Source: an uncultured bacterium (GTDB taxonomy: Bacteria > Chlamydiota > Chlamydiia > Chlamydiales > JAAZZY01). Taken from it: a DNA stretch of 59,660 nucleotides. The stretch spans positions 1 through 59,660 of the forward strand of contig CAYGLF010000009.1 of the NCBI GenBank assembly GCA_964350945.1, given 5' to 3'. A program made the position numbers and the translations under genes. How positions within the stretch are numbered: the stretch's first letter is position 1; every line of letters begins with the position of its first letter. The notes under the pieces were generated by a model. The model made no database searches. It was not told where the DNA came from and saw nothing but the letters and a program-made list of their open reading frames with translations. This document shows positions 36,369-45,946 of the stretch, in pieces.

Positions 36369-37091
36369 TTGATGGATTCATCTTTAGTACTTAAAAAAAT
36401 AGTCAAGAGGGTTCTTTTGGCCCACGCTGCTTTGTTGCTCTTTTTGGTACTAGGAATTCCTTTCGCAAAAAAAAAAACAATTGAAGCTCCCAAGATTTTG
36501 AAAGAAAATTTCCGAACCATTCAGCCTCTTCAACCTCCCAAAGTAGTCACTCATAAAAAAAAGCCCCCTCAAAAAACTTCGCCAGTAAAGCGGGTTGCTA
36601 AACCTGTAAAAGCTCCATTGAAAACAAAAAAAATAGCGAAGGCCCCTCAAAAAAATCCGCCAGTAAAGCGAGTTACTAAACCTCTAGAGGGTTCGGAGAA
36701 AATACAAAAAATAGCAAAGGTTCCAGAATTGACAAAGACCGCCCCTTTGGTGGTTCCGGCACCGTTAAAAAAACTGCAGATTGAAGAAGAAGACAAAGAG
36801 TTCACTCAAAAAGAGCCTATTGAGGAAAACAGAACCCCTTATCAATCTCTTCTAAGAGAAATTATAGAAGCTGAGTTCGAGGTGGCTGCTAGAGAGGTAG
36901 TTTGCATTGATTTGACTTTAAAAAATAATGGCAACGTGATTAAATGTACTCATAAAAGCTCATCTGATGCCGTTTCTAGAGATCACATTATCAGTAGTAT
37001 TGAAAAGAAACAATTCCCTTCATTTTTTGGAGAAGTTGCCCATCATAATGAGTTTACTTTTGTTTTGGAGTTAGAAGGCACGGAGTTATGA
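36369..37091 (+). CDS. TolA/TonB-like protein with Pro/Lys-rich repeat linker
   Basis: N-terminal TM anchor, then a proline/lysine-rich repetitive region and a roughly 90-aa C-terminal domain. Position between tolR and tolB. Confidence 0.5.
   Translation: MMDSSLVLKKIVKRVLLAHAALLLFLVLGIPFAKKKTIEAPKILKENFRTIQPLQPPKVVTHKKKPPQKTSPVKRVAKPVKAPLKTKKIAKAPQKNPPVKRVTKPLEGSEKIQKIAKVPELTKTAPLVVPAPLKKLQIEEEDKEFTQKEPIEENRTPYQSLLREIIEAEFEVAAREVVCIDLTLKNNGNVIKCTHKSSSDAVSRDHIISSIEKKQFPSFFGEVAHHNEFTFVLELEGTEL
36565..36683 (+). repeat. Tandem 78-bp (26-codon) direct repeat within tolA-like gene
   Basis: cccctcaaaaaacttcgccagtaaagcgggttgctaaacct at 36565..36605 and the near-identical cccctcaaaaaaatccgccagtaaagcgagttactaaacct at 36643..36683. 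They encode PPQKTSPVKRVAKP and APQKNPPVKRVTKP. Confidence 0.85.
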
Positions 37092-38485
37092 GCGCATTTA
37101 AAAAATGGAGTCTGTTGTTATGGATGATAACTTTAGGTTCTTCACTATTTTCTGACGGACGTAGTGAAAAAATTGTCATCAAACTGAAACCAAAAAATCA
37201 TATCACAGCTGTATACCTACAAAACCCTGAAGTAGAATCTGAAGGAATTCCTAGAGCTTACTTGGACAAACTACAGAAAATCTTATTATTTGACTTTAGC
37301 CACAATGGTAGAACGCGGGTCACCAATCTTTCAGAGATTAAAGAATATAAAAAAAATCGCTCTTCAAAAGAATGGAGAGAGCTTGGGGTCTCTTATGTGA
37401 TTCGCTCTAGAGTTCGAGAAGAGTATTTGACATTGTCTGTGCTCTCTACAAAGGAAGATCAAATTTGCTTTGCCCAGGACGTCAAGCTTTCTCAAAATTT
37501 AAAGCAGGATAGAAGGCAGCTTCATCAGTTTGCCTTTGATTTACACCAGCAATTATTTGATGAAGAGGGGATTTACAAAAGTCAAATCCTTTATACTTGC
37601 AAGTCTCGTAATGTGTCAGATTCTTATTATGACTCTGTCCCTGAGGAGATTTATCAGTGCGATTTTGATGGAGGGGATCCCACACAACTGACTTACGAAA
37701 GAAATCATTGCATTACACCGACTCCTGTTTTAGAAAATGGTAGTCAGACAGCGGAAGGCTTTTTTTATGTGTCCTACCGCTTAGGGCAACCTAAAATTTA
37801 CTGGGCAAAATTTGGTGACAAGGCTTCAAAAAGACTGACATACATCCCAGGAAATCAATTTATGCCGGCAATTTCCAAGCAGGGAGATAAGGTTGCTTTT
37901 ATCAATGATGCTCCAGGAAACCCTGAAGTTTTTATGCAAGAATTTAAACCAGGAGTCGGATCTATTGGAAAACCGCGTCAAATATTTTCCTGTAGAAGAG
38001 GCGTGCAATCTTCGCCGACTTTTAGCCCAAGTGGTGAACAGATCGCTTTTGTTTCAGACAAAGCGGGATCTCCTCGTATCTATGTGATGGATGTTCCTGG
38101 TGAATGCGCCACACAGCAAGATATTAAACTGACTTTGATTACTAAGGTCAACCGAGAGAACACCAAGCCCTCCTGGTCTCCAGATGGTACAAAGCTAGCG
38201 TATGTTTCTAGAGTGGATGGAGTTCGCCAAATTTGGATCTATGATTTTATTACGAATCAAGAAAGTCAATTGACCCATGGGGGAGGAAATAAAGAAAATC
38301 CTCAATGGGCATTTAACAGTTTGCACGTAGTTTTCAACTCTGTAGGCAGTGATAGCTGTGAGCTTTATATGGCAAACTTAAATCAACCGCAAGCTGTTCG
38401 GATAATAACCTCTAGCGGGATCAAAAGATTTCCTGTTTGGATAAGAAAATCTAAAGCTTCGACCCCCCACTCTATTGGCCTCTAA
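37088..38485 (+). CDS. tolB: TolB periplasmic beta-propeller protein
   Basis: Signal peptide, N-terminal TolB domain, then repeated beta-propeller blades (PSFSPSGEQIAF, PSWSPDGTKLAY). Confidence 0.8.
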   Translation: MSAFKKWSLLLWMITLGSSLFSDGRSEKIVIKLKPKNHITAVYLQNPEVESEGIPRAYLDKLQKILLFDFSHNGRTRVTNLSEIKEYKKNRSSKEWRELGVSYVIRSRVREEYLTLSVLSTKEDQICFAQDVKLSQNLKQDRRQLHQFAFDLHQQLFDEEGIYKSQILYTCKSRNVSDSYYDSVPEEIYQCDFDGGDPTQLTYERNHCITPTPVLENGSQTAEGFFYVSYRLGQPKIYWAKFGDKASKRLTYIPGNQFMPAISKQGDKVAFINDAPGNPEVFMQEFKPGVGSIGKPRQIFSCRRGVQSSPTFSPSGEQIAFVSDKAGSPRIYVMDVPGECATQQDIKLTLITKVNRENTKPSWSPDGTKLAYVSRVDGVRQIWIYDFITNQESQLTHGGGNKENPQWAFNSLHVVFNSVGSDSCELYMANLNQPQAVRIITSSGIKRFPVWIRKSKASTPHSIGL

Positions 38486-38556
38486 AAAAGACACTGGCAA
38501 TAAATCAGAGGGGTATGATATTGAATATACTAGTTATAAATTTGTTGGGACATAAC

Positions 38557-39237
38557 ATGAAAAAACATATTTTTTGCTCTCTTATGGCAATGACAGTTTT
38601 ACTGCTAACAGGGTGTTCTTCTCACTCGACAGTATCTATGTGGGAAAATACAAAAACAGCATCGAGACACATCGGTAGAGGGGTTCGTGCGTTAGCTGGA
38701 GGTGGGAAAGATTCTCGTCTGCTTCATTACCCCTATGAATTTCAAGGTCCCGAAGATTCTCAATATATTGGAATCTATGACGAAGATGAAGTGCACCAAA
38801 AGCCATCTTTCCCACTTGCTAAAGAAGTACCCGGAGATATGGGAAGCTTTTTACCTGGTATTGATGGGTTCCATTCACCTGCAGGAAAAGAGGCTGTGGC
38901 TTTTAAACATGTGCATTTTGATACCAACCAGGACCATGTGCACAAAGCAAGTGAGCTCGAAGTTATCAAGTCAATTTGCAAGTATCTCAAGAAAAATCCT
39001 TCAACCTATGTCTATATTGAAGGACACTGTGATGCTAGAGGAACTGCTCTCTACAATATGTCCCTAGGCTCTAGAAGGAGCAATATGGTTCGGAGCATGC
39101 TGATTGAGAATGGAATTGATCTAAACAGATTATTTACTGTATCTTACGGAAAAGAAAAGCCTTTAGATGAGGGAAACAACCCCGTTGCATGGGAGAAAAA
39201 CCGTCGAGTTCAATTTAAACTATTTAAGAAAAATTAA
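38557..39237 (+). CDS. pal: Peptidoglycan-associated lipoprotein (OmpA-family)
   Basis: Lipobox LLTGC at the Met15 start (MKKHIF...). C-terminal OmpA-like PG-binding domain (GHCDARGTALYNMSLGSRRSNMV...NRRV). Confidence 0.85.
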   Translation: MKKHIFCSLMAMTVLLLTGCSSHSTVSMWENTKTASRHIGRGVRALAGGGKDSRLLHYPYEFQGPEDSQYIGIYDEDEVHQKPSFPLAKEVPGDMGSFLPGIDGFHSPAGKEAVAFKHVHFDTNQDHVHKASELEVIKSICKYLKKNPSTYVYIEGHCDARGTALYNMSLGSRRSNMVRSMLIENGIDLNRLFTVSYGKEKPLDEGNNPVAWEKNRRVQFKLFKKN

Positions 39238-39239
39238 GT

Positions 39240-39899
39240 ATGAAGAAAAGTCACTCTCTTTTGAAACTTCTTGCCGCCACTTGTTGCCTTTTACTCTTAC
39301 CAAGTTGTTTGGGGTCCAGGGGGATGCGTGCTCAGGAGATACAAGCTGATTTAGCCCTTAGAGAGATGCGCTCTCAGATAGAAGACTTTAAGTATCAACT
39401 TAATAAATACGAAGTGGAGCTTCAAATTGTAGAGGGAAAAGCTGATTCCCAGGGGTCAGCTCTCAAAGTGATGCGTCAGGACATCGCTCAGCTAAGTAAA
39501 AATGATGAGAAAACCGTTCAAAGTGCTTTTGAAACTTATAATCAAAAGATAGAGAAATTAGAAGGCTTGGAAAAAAGATTGAAAGGAGACTTATTAGCTC
39601 TTAAAGAAAATACCCACGAGGTGCTCAGTTCCCTAGCTCAGTTCAAGGTGAAAATTGATGGTAATGAAAAGCACATAGCAGACCAAAAGCGCTATATAGA
39701 ACATCTTAAAAGTTCATTAGAATCTCTAATGAAAGTGATGGCAGATCCCAAAGATGAGGGTTTATGCTACGTGGTATGTCCTGGAGATTCCCTGGATAAG
39801 ATAGCTAGGGAAAATGATTTAAAAATAGAGACCATCAAAAATTTAAATAACATGACGAGCGATCTCATTGTTGTCGGCCAAAAACTACGTTTAAAGTAA
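39240..39899 (+). CDS. Coiled-coil lipoprotein with C-terminal LysM domain
   Basis: Lipobox LLLPSC, about 130 aa of heptad-like coiled coil, then a C-terminal LysM (YVVCPGDSLDKIARENDLKIETIKNLNN...IVVGQKLRL). Its stop overlaps the murI start (TAAATG). Confidence 0.65.
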   Translation: MKKSHSLLKLLAATCCLLLLPSCLGSRGMRAQEIQADLALREMRSQIEDFKYQLNKYEVELQIVEGKADSQGSALKVMRQDIAQLSKNDEKTVQSAFETYNQKIEKLEGLEKRLKGDLLALKENTHEVLSSLAQFKVKIDGNEKHIADQKRYIEHLKSSLESLMKVMADPKDEGLCYVVCPGDSLDKIARENDLKIETIKNLNNMTSDLIVVGQKLRLK

Positions 39900-40715
39900 A
39901 TGTTTAAGAGATCGAATGCGATAGGTATTTTTGACTCAGGAGTAGGGGGACTTGCTTTTGTAAAATCCCTATCAAAGCTTCTTCCCAATGAAAAAATATT
40001 TTATCTAGCTGATACAATCAACCTTCCTTATGGAAATAAATCATCCGAAGAGCTTAAAAAAATCAGCAGCCAAAATCTTCACTTTCTATCGAAGTTTCCC
40101 GTAAAAGCTTTGGTTGTTGCTTGCAATACAGCTGCAGCACATATGGAGGCTCACCTAGGAGAGAAGATTAGAGTTCCCATTTTTGATGTGATCACTCCGT
40201 CTGTTGAGCAGGCAGCTATCGTCACTCGCAACCAAAAGATAGCAGTTCTGGCAACTGAGTCAACCATTGCATCTAATATCTATGAGACCTTACTTCAAAG
40301 GCGCTTGGTAAACAGCTCTGTCATGTCCATCGCATGCCCTCTTTTAGTTTCAGCTGTAGAAGATAAAATGCTCTCTAGCTCAATCGCTAAAATATTAGTC
40401 AGTCAATATTTAGAGCCCCTTAGAAACAGTAATGTCGATACGGTAATACTTGGGTGTACTCATTACTCTTTACTTAAAGATGTGATACGCAGAGAACTAG
40501 ATCCATCTATTGAAATTGTGGATTCAGGTTCCTGTAGTGCTCAAGTTGTCAAAGACTATCTTGTAGAAAATAATTTATGTTCAACCTCTTCAAAGAATGA
40601 AATAGGTGAATATTTTGTATCGGGAGATACAAAAGAATTTGATGCAAAATGTTCTTTATTTTTAGAGAAAAAAATTGTATCAAAACATCTAAATGATCAG
40701 AGGGTAATTGGATGA
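39900..40715 (+). CDS. murI: Glutamate racemase
   Basis: IGIFDSGVGGL, VVACNTA (catalytic Cys) and LGCTHY (second catalytic Cys) motifs. Confidence 0.88.
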   Translation: MFKRSNAIGIFDSGVGGLAFVKSLSKLLPNEKIFYLADTINLPYGNKSSEELKKISSQNLHFLSKFPVKALVVACNTAAAHMEAHLGEKIRVPIFDVITPSVEQAAIVTRNQKIAVLATESTIASNIYETLLQRRLVNSSVMSIACPLLVSAVEDKMLSSSIAKILVSQYLEPLRNSNVDTVILGCTHYSLLKDVIRRELDPSIEIVDSGSCSAQVVKDYLVENNLCSTSSKNEIGEYFVSGDTKEFDAKCSLFLEKKIVSKHLNDQRVIG

Positions 40716-41263
40716 TTCAAGTAAAGTGTTTAAGCCATGTAAGTATTGCTGTTGACGATATAGAAAAAGCCGAGAAATTTTATACGCAGATTTTTGATTT
40801 AAGAGCTGTTGTTACTTTTGAAAATTTTACAAACGAAGCATACTCTAAAAATGCGGGTTTGAAAGAGACCGCAACAGTGAGTATTCGCCAACTTTCATTT
40901 ACACATTGTAACCTTGTTCTAGAGCTCATTTGTTACCATACTGGTGCAGGAAGCTGTGCTATTCACAAAAGTCAAGTGAATGATATGGGTGGATTGAGAG
41001 TCTGTTCATTGGGTGTAGAGGACTGCATGCCAGCTTACGAGCTTTTGAAAAAACGAACTGACCTTGAAATTCTTAATACCCCTGGTTTTTTTCCGGGTCC
41101 CCTTGCTGAAATAACTGTAGATCAGTTTAAACTAGGTGCAGATGAAGGGCAGAGTGAGGAAAAACAAAGATTGGCAGAGAGTTTGTCGAAAAAGAAATTC
41201 TTTCGCTTTAGAGATCCCTATGGGGTTATTTGGGAGATCGAAGATCGCCCCTTTGAAGATTAA
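40712..41263 (+). CDS. VOC/glyoxalase-bleomycin resistance family protein
   Basis: N-terminal LSHVSIAVDDIEKAEKFY pattern of the glyoxalase I/VOC fold. Overlaps murI by 4 bp. Confidence 0.55.
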   Translation: MIQVKCLSHVSIAVDDIEKAEKFYTQIFDLRAVVTFENFTNEAYSKNAGLKETATVSIRQLSFTHCNLVLELICYHTGAGSCAIHKSQVNDMGGLRVCSLGVEDCMPAYELLKKRTDLEILNTPGFFPGPLAEITVDQFKLGADEGQSEEKQRLAESLSKKKFFRFRDPYGVIWEIEDRPFED

Positions 41264-41390
41264 TCCTAGATACCAATTTAGTGCATACTTCCCATAATAT
41301 TTCTGTAGAATAAAAAATTGAGAAAAATAGAATATAGCAGTACAATTAAAATTCTATTTTAAACTTAACAGCTTTAACATTGCTCATCTT

Positions 41391-41969
41391 ATGGTTAGTT
41401 CTATTTTAGATACACTTCACGCTCTGCCAATGCCGAGTGTGCGACACAGTGAGTTTGCAACCAAGTTTACCTATCAGAGTATTGTATTGTCTGATCTTAA
41501 ATTTGAGAATCAAACTAATGAGACAATAGTTAGCTGCAACTCTAACATTTACGGGCGCCTTATCCTAAATATTCAGCCTAAAGGAGTATATAATAAACTT
41601 CGACAGGTTCTTGTGGGGATAAAAGATGAAGGTCCCCAACAGTTTGTTTTGTCAGAGCGTAAAATTATTGGAAAGCGCCTTGAAGGGTTTATGGGAGTCG
41701 ACGTTCACAATAAAGTGATTGAAACTCATACAGACATAGCCCGCAACTTCATTTTAAAAGCTCCAAGCTGTCCAGGAGTCTATGAGGTGGAGGTGTTATT
41801 TTTAGAGCTGGAAGGGGAGGCGATAGAGCAAGCAGGGACGGTTAATGGTTTCTTTCAACTCAACGAAGGAGATCGTAATCAGTTGAGCTCAGAAACAGCC
41901 TTAGAAACTACCTGGAAGATGGACGAGCAGGGCTGTAGGGTGTCTTTAGGGCGCATTCGAGTGATCTAG
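41391..41969 (+). CDS. Hypothetical protein (192 aa)
   Basis: ORF with an AT-rich upstream region. No recognisable motif. Confidence 0.4.
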   Translation: MVSSILDTLHALPMPSVRHSEFATKFTYQSIVLSDLKFENQTNETIVSCNSNIYGRLILNIQPKGVYNKLRQVLVGIKDEGPQQFVLSERKIIGKRLEGFMGVDVHNKVIETHTDIARNFILKAPSCPGVYEVEVLFLELEGEAIEQAGTVNGFFQLNEGDRNQLSSETALETTWKMDEQGCRVSLGRIRVI

Positions 41970-43204
41970 GCAATCTTTTTATCGTTGTCACGTTTAATAA
42001 TGGGAGCTTTGCCTTCTAAAACGGTTTCTTTTTCGATAATAACCTCTTTGACGCTTTCATCAGAAGGGACATCAAACATTAAATCACGTAATACAGTTTC
42101 TAAAATCATGCGCAATGCACGCGCTCCCGTTTTTGCTTTGATCGCTTGATCTGCAATCGCAATTAAAGCATCGTCTGTAAAATTAAGATCCACACCTTCT
42201 AACTTGAAAATGCTCTTGTATTGCTTGATCAAAGAGTTTTTAGGTTCTGTAAGAATTTGAACAAGGTCTTCTTTTTTGAGCTCATTAGAATTGACAATAC
42301 AGTTAAAGCGTCCAACAAATTCAGGGATCAGGCCAAACTGAACCAGATCTTGAGGTTCTGTATTTGAAAGAAGGAAGTCCTTATCTTGTAATTCATTTCC
42401 TTTCTTCCCAAGACTAAACCCAATAGTGCTTTTTCCAAGTCTCTTGGCAATAATTTGATCTAGATTGACGAAGGCCCCACCCACAATAAAGAGGATATTT
42501 TCAGTATTGATTTTGATGTATTCTTGGTTTGGGTGTTTGCGCCCTCCCTTTGGAGGAACATTTGCAACTGTTCCTTCAACAATCTTTAAGAGAGCTTGCT
42601 GCACTCCCTCTCCAGAAACATCTCTTGTAATGGATACATTAGAGGTGGTGCGTCCAATTTTATCTATTTCATCAATATAGATAATTCCTTGTTCAGCCCT
42701 AGAAACATCGTAGTCAGCAGCTTGTAAAAGGCGAAGGATGATATTTTCAACATCTTCTCCAACATAGCCGGCTTCAGTTAAAGTGGTCGCATCACAGATA
42801 GAGAAAGGAACGTCCAAAACTTGAGCAAGTGTTTTTGCTAAAAGTGTTTTCCCAGATCCTGTAGGACCTAAAATAAGAGCATTGGATTTATTATACTGGA
42901 CTTCTTCACCCTTATTGAGCATTTGAATGCGTTTATAGTGGTTGTAGACAGCCACTGCAATGGTTCTTTTAGCGGCATCTTGGCCAATGACGTACTCGTT
43001 AAGCTTTTCTCGAATTTCCATGGGTTTAAGTACCACAATTTCATGATTGGTCGTCTTTTTTTCAATGATTCCCATGCAAAGTCGAATGCATTTATCACAT
43101 ATAAAAACATTGGGGCCTGAAATTAGTTTTTCGACCAAGTCTTCTGTTCTGCCACAAAAAGAGCAGATAGTAGATTCGGGCTCTGGAAAATTCTTTTTTG
43201 TCAT
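41966..43204 (-). CDS. clpX: ATP-dependent Clp protease ATP-binding subunit
   Basis: N-terminal C4 zinc finger CSFCGR...CDKC, Walker A GPTGSGKT and the GYVG pore loop. Confidence 0.93.
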   Translation of the reverse strand: MTKKNFPEPESTICSFCGRTEDLVEKLISGPNVFICDKCIRLCMGIIEKKTTNHEIVVLKPMEIREKLNEYVIGQDAAKRTIAVAVYNHYKRIQMLNKGEEVQYNKSNALILGPTGSGKTLLAKTLAQVLDVPFSICDATTLTEAGYVGEDVENIILRLLQAADYDVSRAEQGIIYIDEIDKIGRTTSNVSITRDVSGEGVQQALLKIVEGTVANVPPKGGRKHPNQEYIKINTENILFIVGGAFVNLDQIIAKRLGKSTIGFSLGKKGNELQDKDFLLSNTEPQDLVQFGLIPEFVGRFNCIVNSNELKKEDLVQILTEPKNSLIKQYKSIFKLEGVDLNFTDDALIAIADQAIKAKTGARALRMILETVLRDLMFDVPSDESVKEVIIEKETVLEGKAPIIKRDNDKKIA

Positions 43205-43836
43205 GAAACGCCTGCTAGTTCCTCGGTTTCTACTTGTTTTGTAATCACTTCATCTACAATTCCATAAGCTACAGCTTCTTCAGAGCTCATGTAAAAATCT
43301 CGATCCCAATCTTTTAGAATCGTGTTGATATCTTTACCTGTTGACTCAGATAGTATTTCAGCTAAACGCTTTTTCAATACAGCGATTTCTTTAGCTTGCA
43401 GATGAATATCTAAAGAAGTTCCAGTGACTCCTCCAGCGGGCTGGTGAATCATCACACGGCTATTAGGAAGAGCAAAACGTTTACCTTTAGTTCCGGCAGC
43501 TAAGAGGACAGCCGCAAATGAAGAAGCTTGACCAATACAATAAGTTTTGACATCGCAACCTAAAAATTTGATCGTATCGTAGATAGCGAGACCTGCTGTA
43601 ATATAACCACCAGGAGAGTTGATGAAAATGCTAATTTCTTTTTTAGGATCTTCCATTCGTAGAAAAAGCAATTGAGCGACCACAACGTTTGCAACTTGAT
43701 CATCAATCCCTGTTCCGATGAAAATAATTCGGTCTTTTAAAAGACGCGAATAAATATCCATCGAGCGTTCTCCTCGACCAGTATCTTCTATAACGTATGG
43801 AGTAAGGGACATTGCGCTTCTTGTATTTTCAGACAT
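43201..43836 (-). CDS. clpP: ATP-dependent Clp protease proteolytic subunit
   Basis: Catalytic triad context [11 protein letters not shown] (Ser), MIHQP (His). 211 aa. Confidence 0.93.
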   Translation of the reverse strand: MSENTRSAMSLTPYVIEDTGRGERSMDIYSRLLKDRIIFIGTGIDDQVANVVVAQLLFLRMEDPKKEISIFINSPGGYITAGLAIYDTIKFLGCDVKTYCIGQASSFAAVLLAAGTKGKRFALPNSRVMIHQPAGGVTGTSLDIHLQAKEIAVLKKRLAEILSESTGKDINTILKDWDRDFYMSSEEAVAYGIVDEVITKQVETEELAGVS

Positions 43837-43918
43837 TCTTCTACCTTTGGTTGGCTTTCTTTCCCACTATTGTGATTCGCCTATTTTTTTTCTAGAATTT
43901 TTTATCAGAGAGTAAATT

Positions 43919-45439
43919 CTAGTGGTAATCTACTTGTTTTAGCAGATGAGATTTGACCTTTTCGGAGAGAAGATCAACAAACGTATTCATACGCATCTCT
44001 TGAATAATCTGATTCTTAAATTGTGGGTTTGAGTTATATTCTGGAGGCAGATTCAACTGAGACAATTTTTCAGCCATCACTTGACGAAGTTCTTGCTCAG
44101 GGACGATGATGTTACAGTCGCGAGCAATTTTTTGTAGAACAAAAAATAGCTTCAAAGCACTGAGTGCGTCAGCACGAGCAGCCTCTTCGGTTTCTTTTTT
44201 CTTTTTATCAATGTCTTCTTTTGAGAAGTTGGCTTGTTGAAGCTCGTACTCATGTGCTTGGGTCTTTGTTTTTATCTCAGCATCTAGAAGGGTTTTGGGA
44301 AGGTCAAAATCAACCAGCGTTTGGAGCTGCTCATCTAGAAGACGGCGTTGTTTTAGGTCTGCTTCTGCCTCTGCATTTTTTTGGAGTCTTAGAAGAACTT
44401 GAGTTTTAAGGTCTGCAACGGATTGGGTACCCATTGCTTGTGCAAATGCATCGTCTACTTCAGGGAGTTCTCCTTCGAAAATTTCCTTTACAGTTACTTT
44501 GCAGTGAGTGGCGGTAAAGTCCTTTTTCTCTGATGCGGGCATGTCGTCATCCCATTTGCTGGTTGCTTCTTTAGACTCTCCTGTTTTCATGCCGGTTAGG
44601 AGTGTGCGTATCCACGAGCTGAGTTTTCCTTTTTCAACTTGGACTCTTTTAGAATCAACAATTTTGACTTTGGTTTCGACATTTTCAATATCAATATCAA
44701 CAAAATCTCCTTTTTTAATCGCTCGATCTTTAATGGAGTTCCATTTAGCTCGGTAGGTGCGCATGACATCAATGACATCATTCACATTCTCATCTGTTAC
44801 AGCGTCTATAATAACTTTTTGTAGTTTGATTTTATCCAATGGAATTTCAGGAACGACAGGGTAGGTTTCAAATTCGAAAGAAACCTGGGCTCCTTGCTCT
44901 GTTTGGCTTTGAATACTTGGTTTCACATTACGGTAGTTTAAAGGACGAATTTCGCTTAGCAATAAGGACTGCTCGAGTGCTTTTTGCAAAAAATGGTTGT
45001 TGGACTGTTCTTTAATTTGATGCTTGTAATTTTTTTCAATGACTTCTCTGGGGACTTTGCCTTTTCGAAATCCAGGAATAGAGACTTCTTTGCTAACTTC
45101 TTTGAGAGCTTTATTATGGGCATCTTCTAGCGTTTTTGCAAAAACTTGAACTTCCAGGTTGACAGAACATCCTTCTTTAAATTGGGTGGTGACTTTAACG
45201 TACTCATTCTCGAAGGTAGCTCCCTTGGGAATAGGAGCGGCTATTTTTTTAGCTGGAGCTTTTTTAGCAGCGGTGGATGCTTGTTTTTTTGGAGCAGCTG
45301 CCTTTTTCTCTGTGGAAGATTCTTTTTTTGCGGTTGTTTTCTTTGGAGCTGCTTTTTTGGGTGTTTTTTTCTTAGGGGATTGTTCTTCTTCTGTTTTTTT
45401 AGATTCAGTCACACTGGTCTCCATTTCAGTTATCATCAA
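43919..45439 (-). CDS. tig: Trigger factor with about 75-aa Lys/Ala/Pro-rich N-terminal extension
   Basis: The trigger-factor ribosome-binding, PPIase and C-terminal domains are recognisable from residue about 76 onward (GFRKGKVPREVIEK...). They are preceded by KKTEEEQSPKKKTPKKAAPKKTTAKKESSTEKKAAAPKKQASTAAKKAPAKK. Confidence 0.82.
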   Translation of the reverse strand: MMITEMETSVTESKKTEEEQSPKKKTPKKAAPKKTTAKKESSTEKKAAAPKKQASTAAKKAPAKKIAAPIPKGATFENEYVKVTTQFKEGCSVNLEVQVFAKTLEDAHNKALKEVSKEVSIPGFRKGKVPREVIEKNYKHQIKEQSNNHFLQKALEQSLLLSEIRPLNYRNVKPSIQSQTEQGAQVSFEFETYPVVPEIPLDKIKLQKVIIDAVTDENVNDVIDVMRTYRAKWNSIKDRAIKKGDFVDIDIENVETKVKIVDSKRVQVEKGKLSSWIRTLLTGMKTGESKEATSKWDDDMPASEKKDFTATHCKVTVKEIFEGELPEVDDAFAQAMGTQSVADLKTQVLLRLQKNAEAEADLKQRRLLDEQLQTLVDFDLPKTLLDAEIKTKTQAHEYELQQANFSKEDIDKKKKETEEAARADALSALKLFFVLQKIARDCNIIVPEQELRQVMAEKLSQLNLPPEYNSNPQFKNQIIQEMRMNTFVDLLSEKVKSHLLKQVDYH

Positions 45440-45446
45440 AAATTAA

Positions 45447-45518
45447 AGCGGGTGATGAGATTCGAACTCACGACCCTCACGTTGGCAACGTGATGCTCTA
45501 CCACTGAGCTACACCCGC
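45447..45518 (-). tRNA. tRNA-Gly (anticodon GCC)
   Basis: Reverse complement reads GCGGGTGTAGCTCAGTGGTAGAGCATCACGTTGCCAACGTGAGGGTCGTGAGTTCGAATCTCATCACCCGC plus discriminator U. It has the D-arm GCTCAGTGGTAGAGC, the T-arm GGTTCGAATCT equivalent, and GCC in the anticodon loop. Confidence 0.85.
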
Positions 45519-45946
45519 ATACTGCTTTCTCAAGCATAAATTTGCCTCGGCATTATATGTGAACGTTTAGATTTATTTCAAGGGGAACCAGATAGCTTTG
45601 GTAAAGAAAACCCAAAAAGAAGGTTCTAGGCCTATGAGTGGGGTTTTCTTTGACCTAGAACCCGGGCAATATTGGGGGAATATTGCATGCAATATTTGTA
45701 ACAGAACCTTATTGTATAGTCGGCAATATGGCAAGATATTTTTTTGAGTTAAAGAGGGTTCATTTTTTTTGCTGATCAAGTAAAATTATCCCCTTTATTT
45801 TTTCCAGAAATTTACATAGAATGTTCTTAAATTTTTTCTTTAAAAAAAGTATTGAAGGTGCTAATAGAAAAACCTTACGGCAACGGACTCATTACTCTAT
45901 ATGCGGCCTTGCTCATTGATTACAATAATAAGGGCCAGCTTAAAGT

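Noticed and set aside
45146-45493. Two overlapping + strand ORFs rich in Phe/Cys/Gly opposite the tig 5' end
   Set aside because: Antisense of the Lys/Ala-rich (AAA/GCN-rich) trigger-factor tail. Low-complexity mirror ORFs that also run through the tRNA-Gly.
45573-45779. 68-aa minus ORF between tRNA-Gly and SNF2 helicase
   Set aside because: Lies in the SNF2 promoter region with no RBS and no conservation signal. Likely non-coding.
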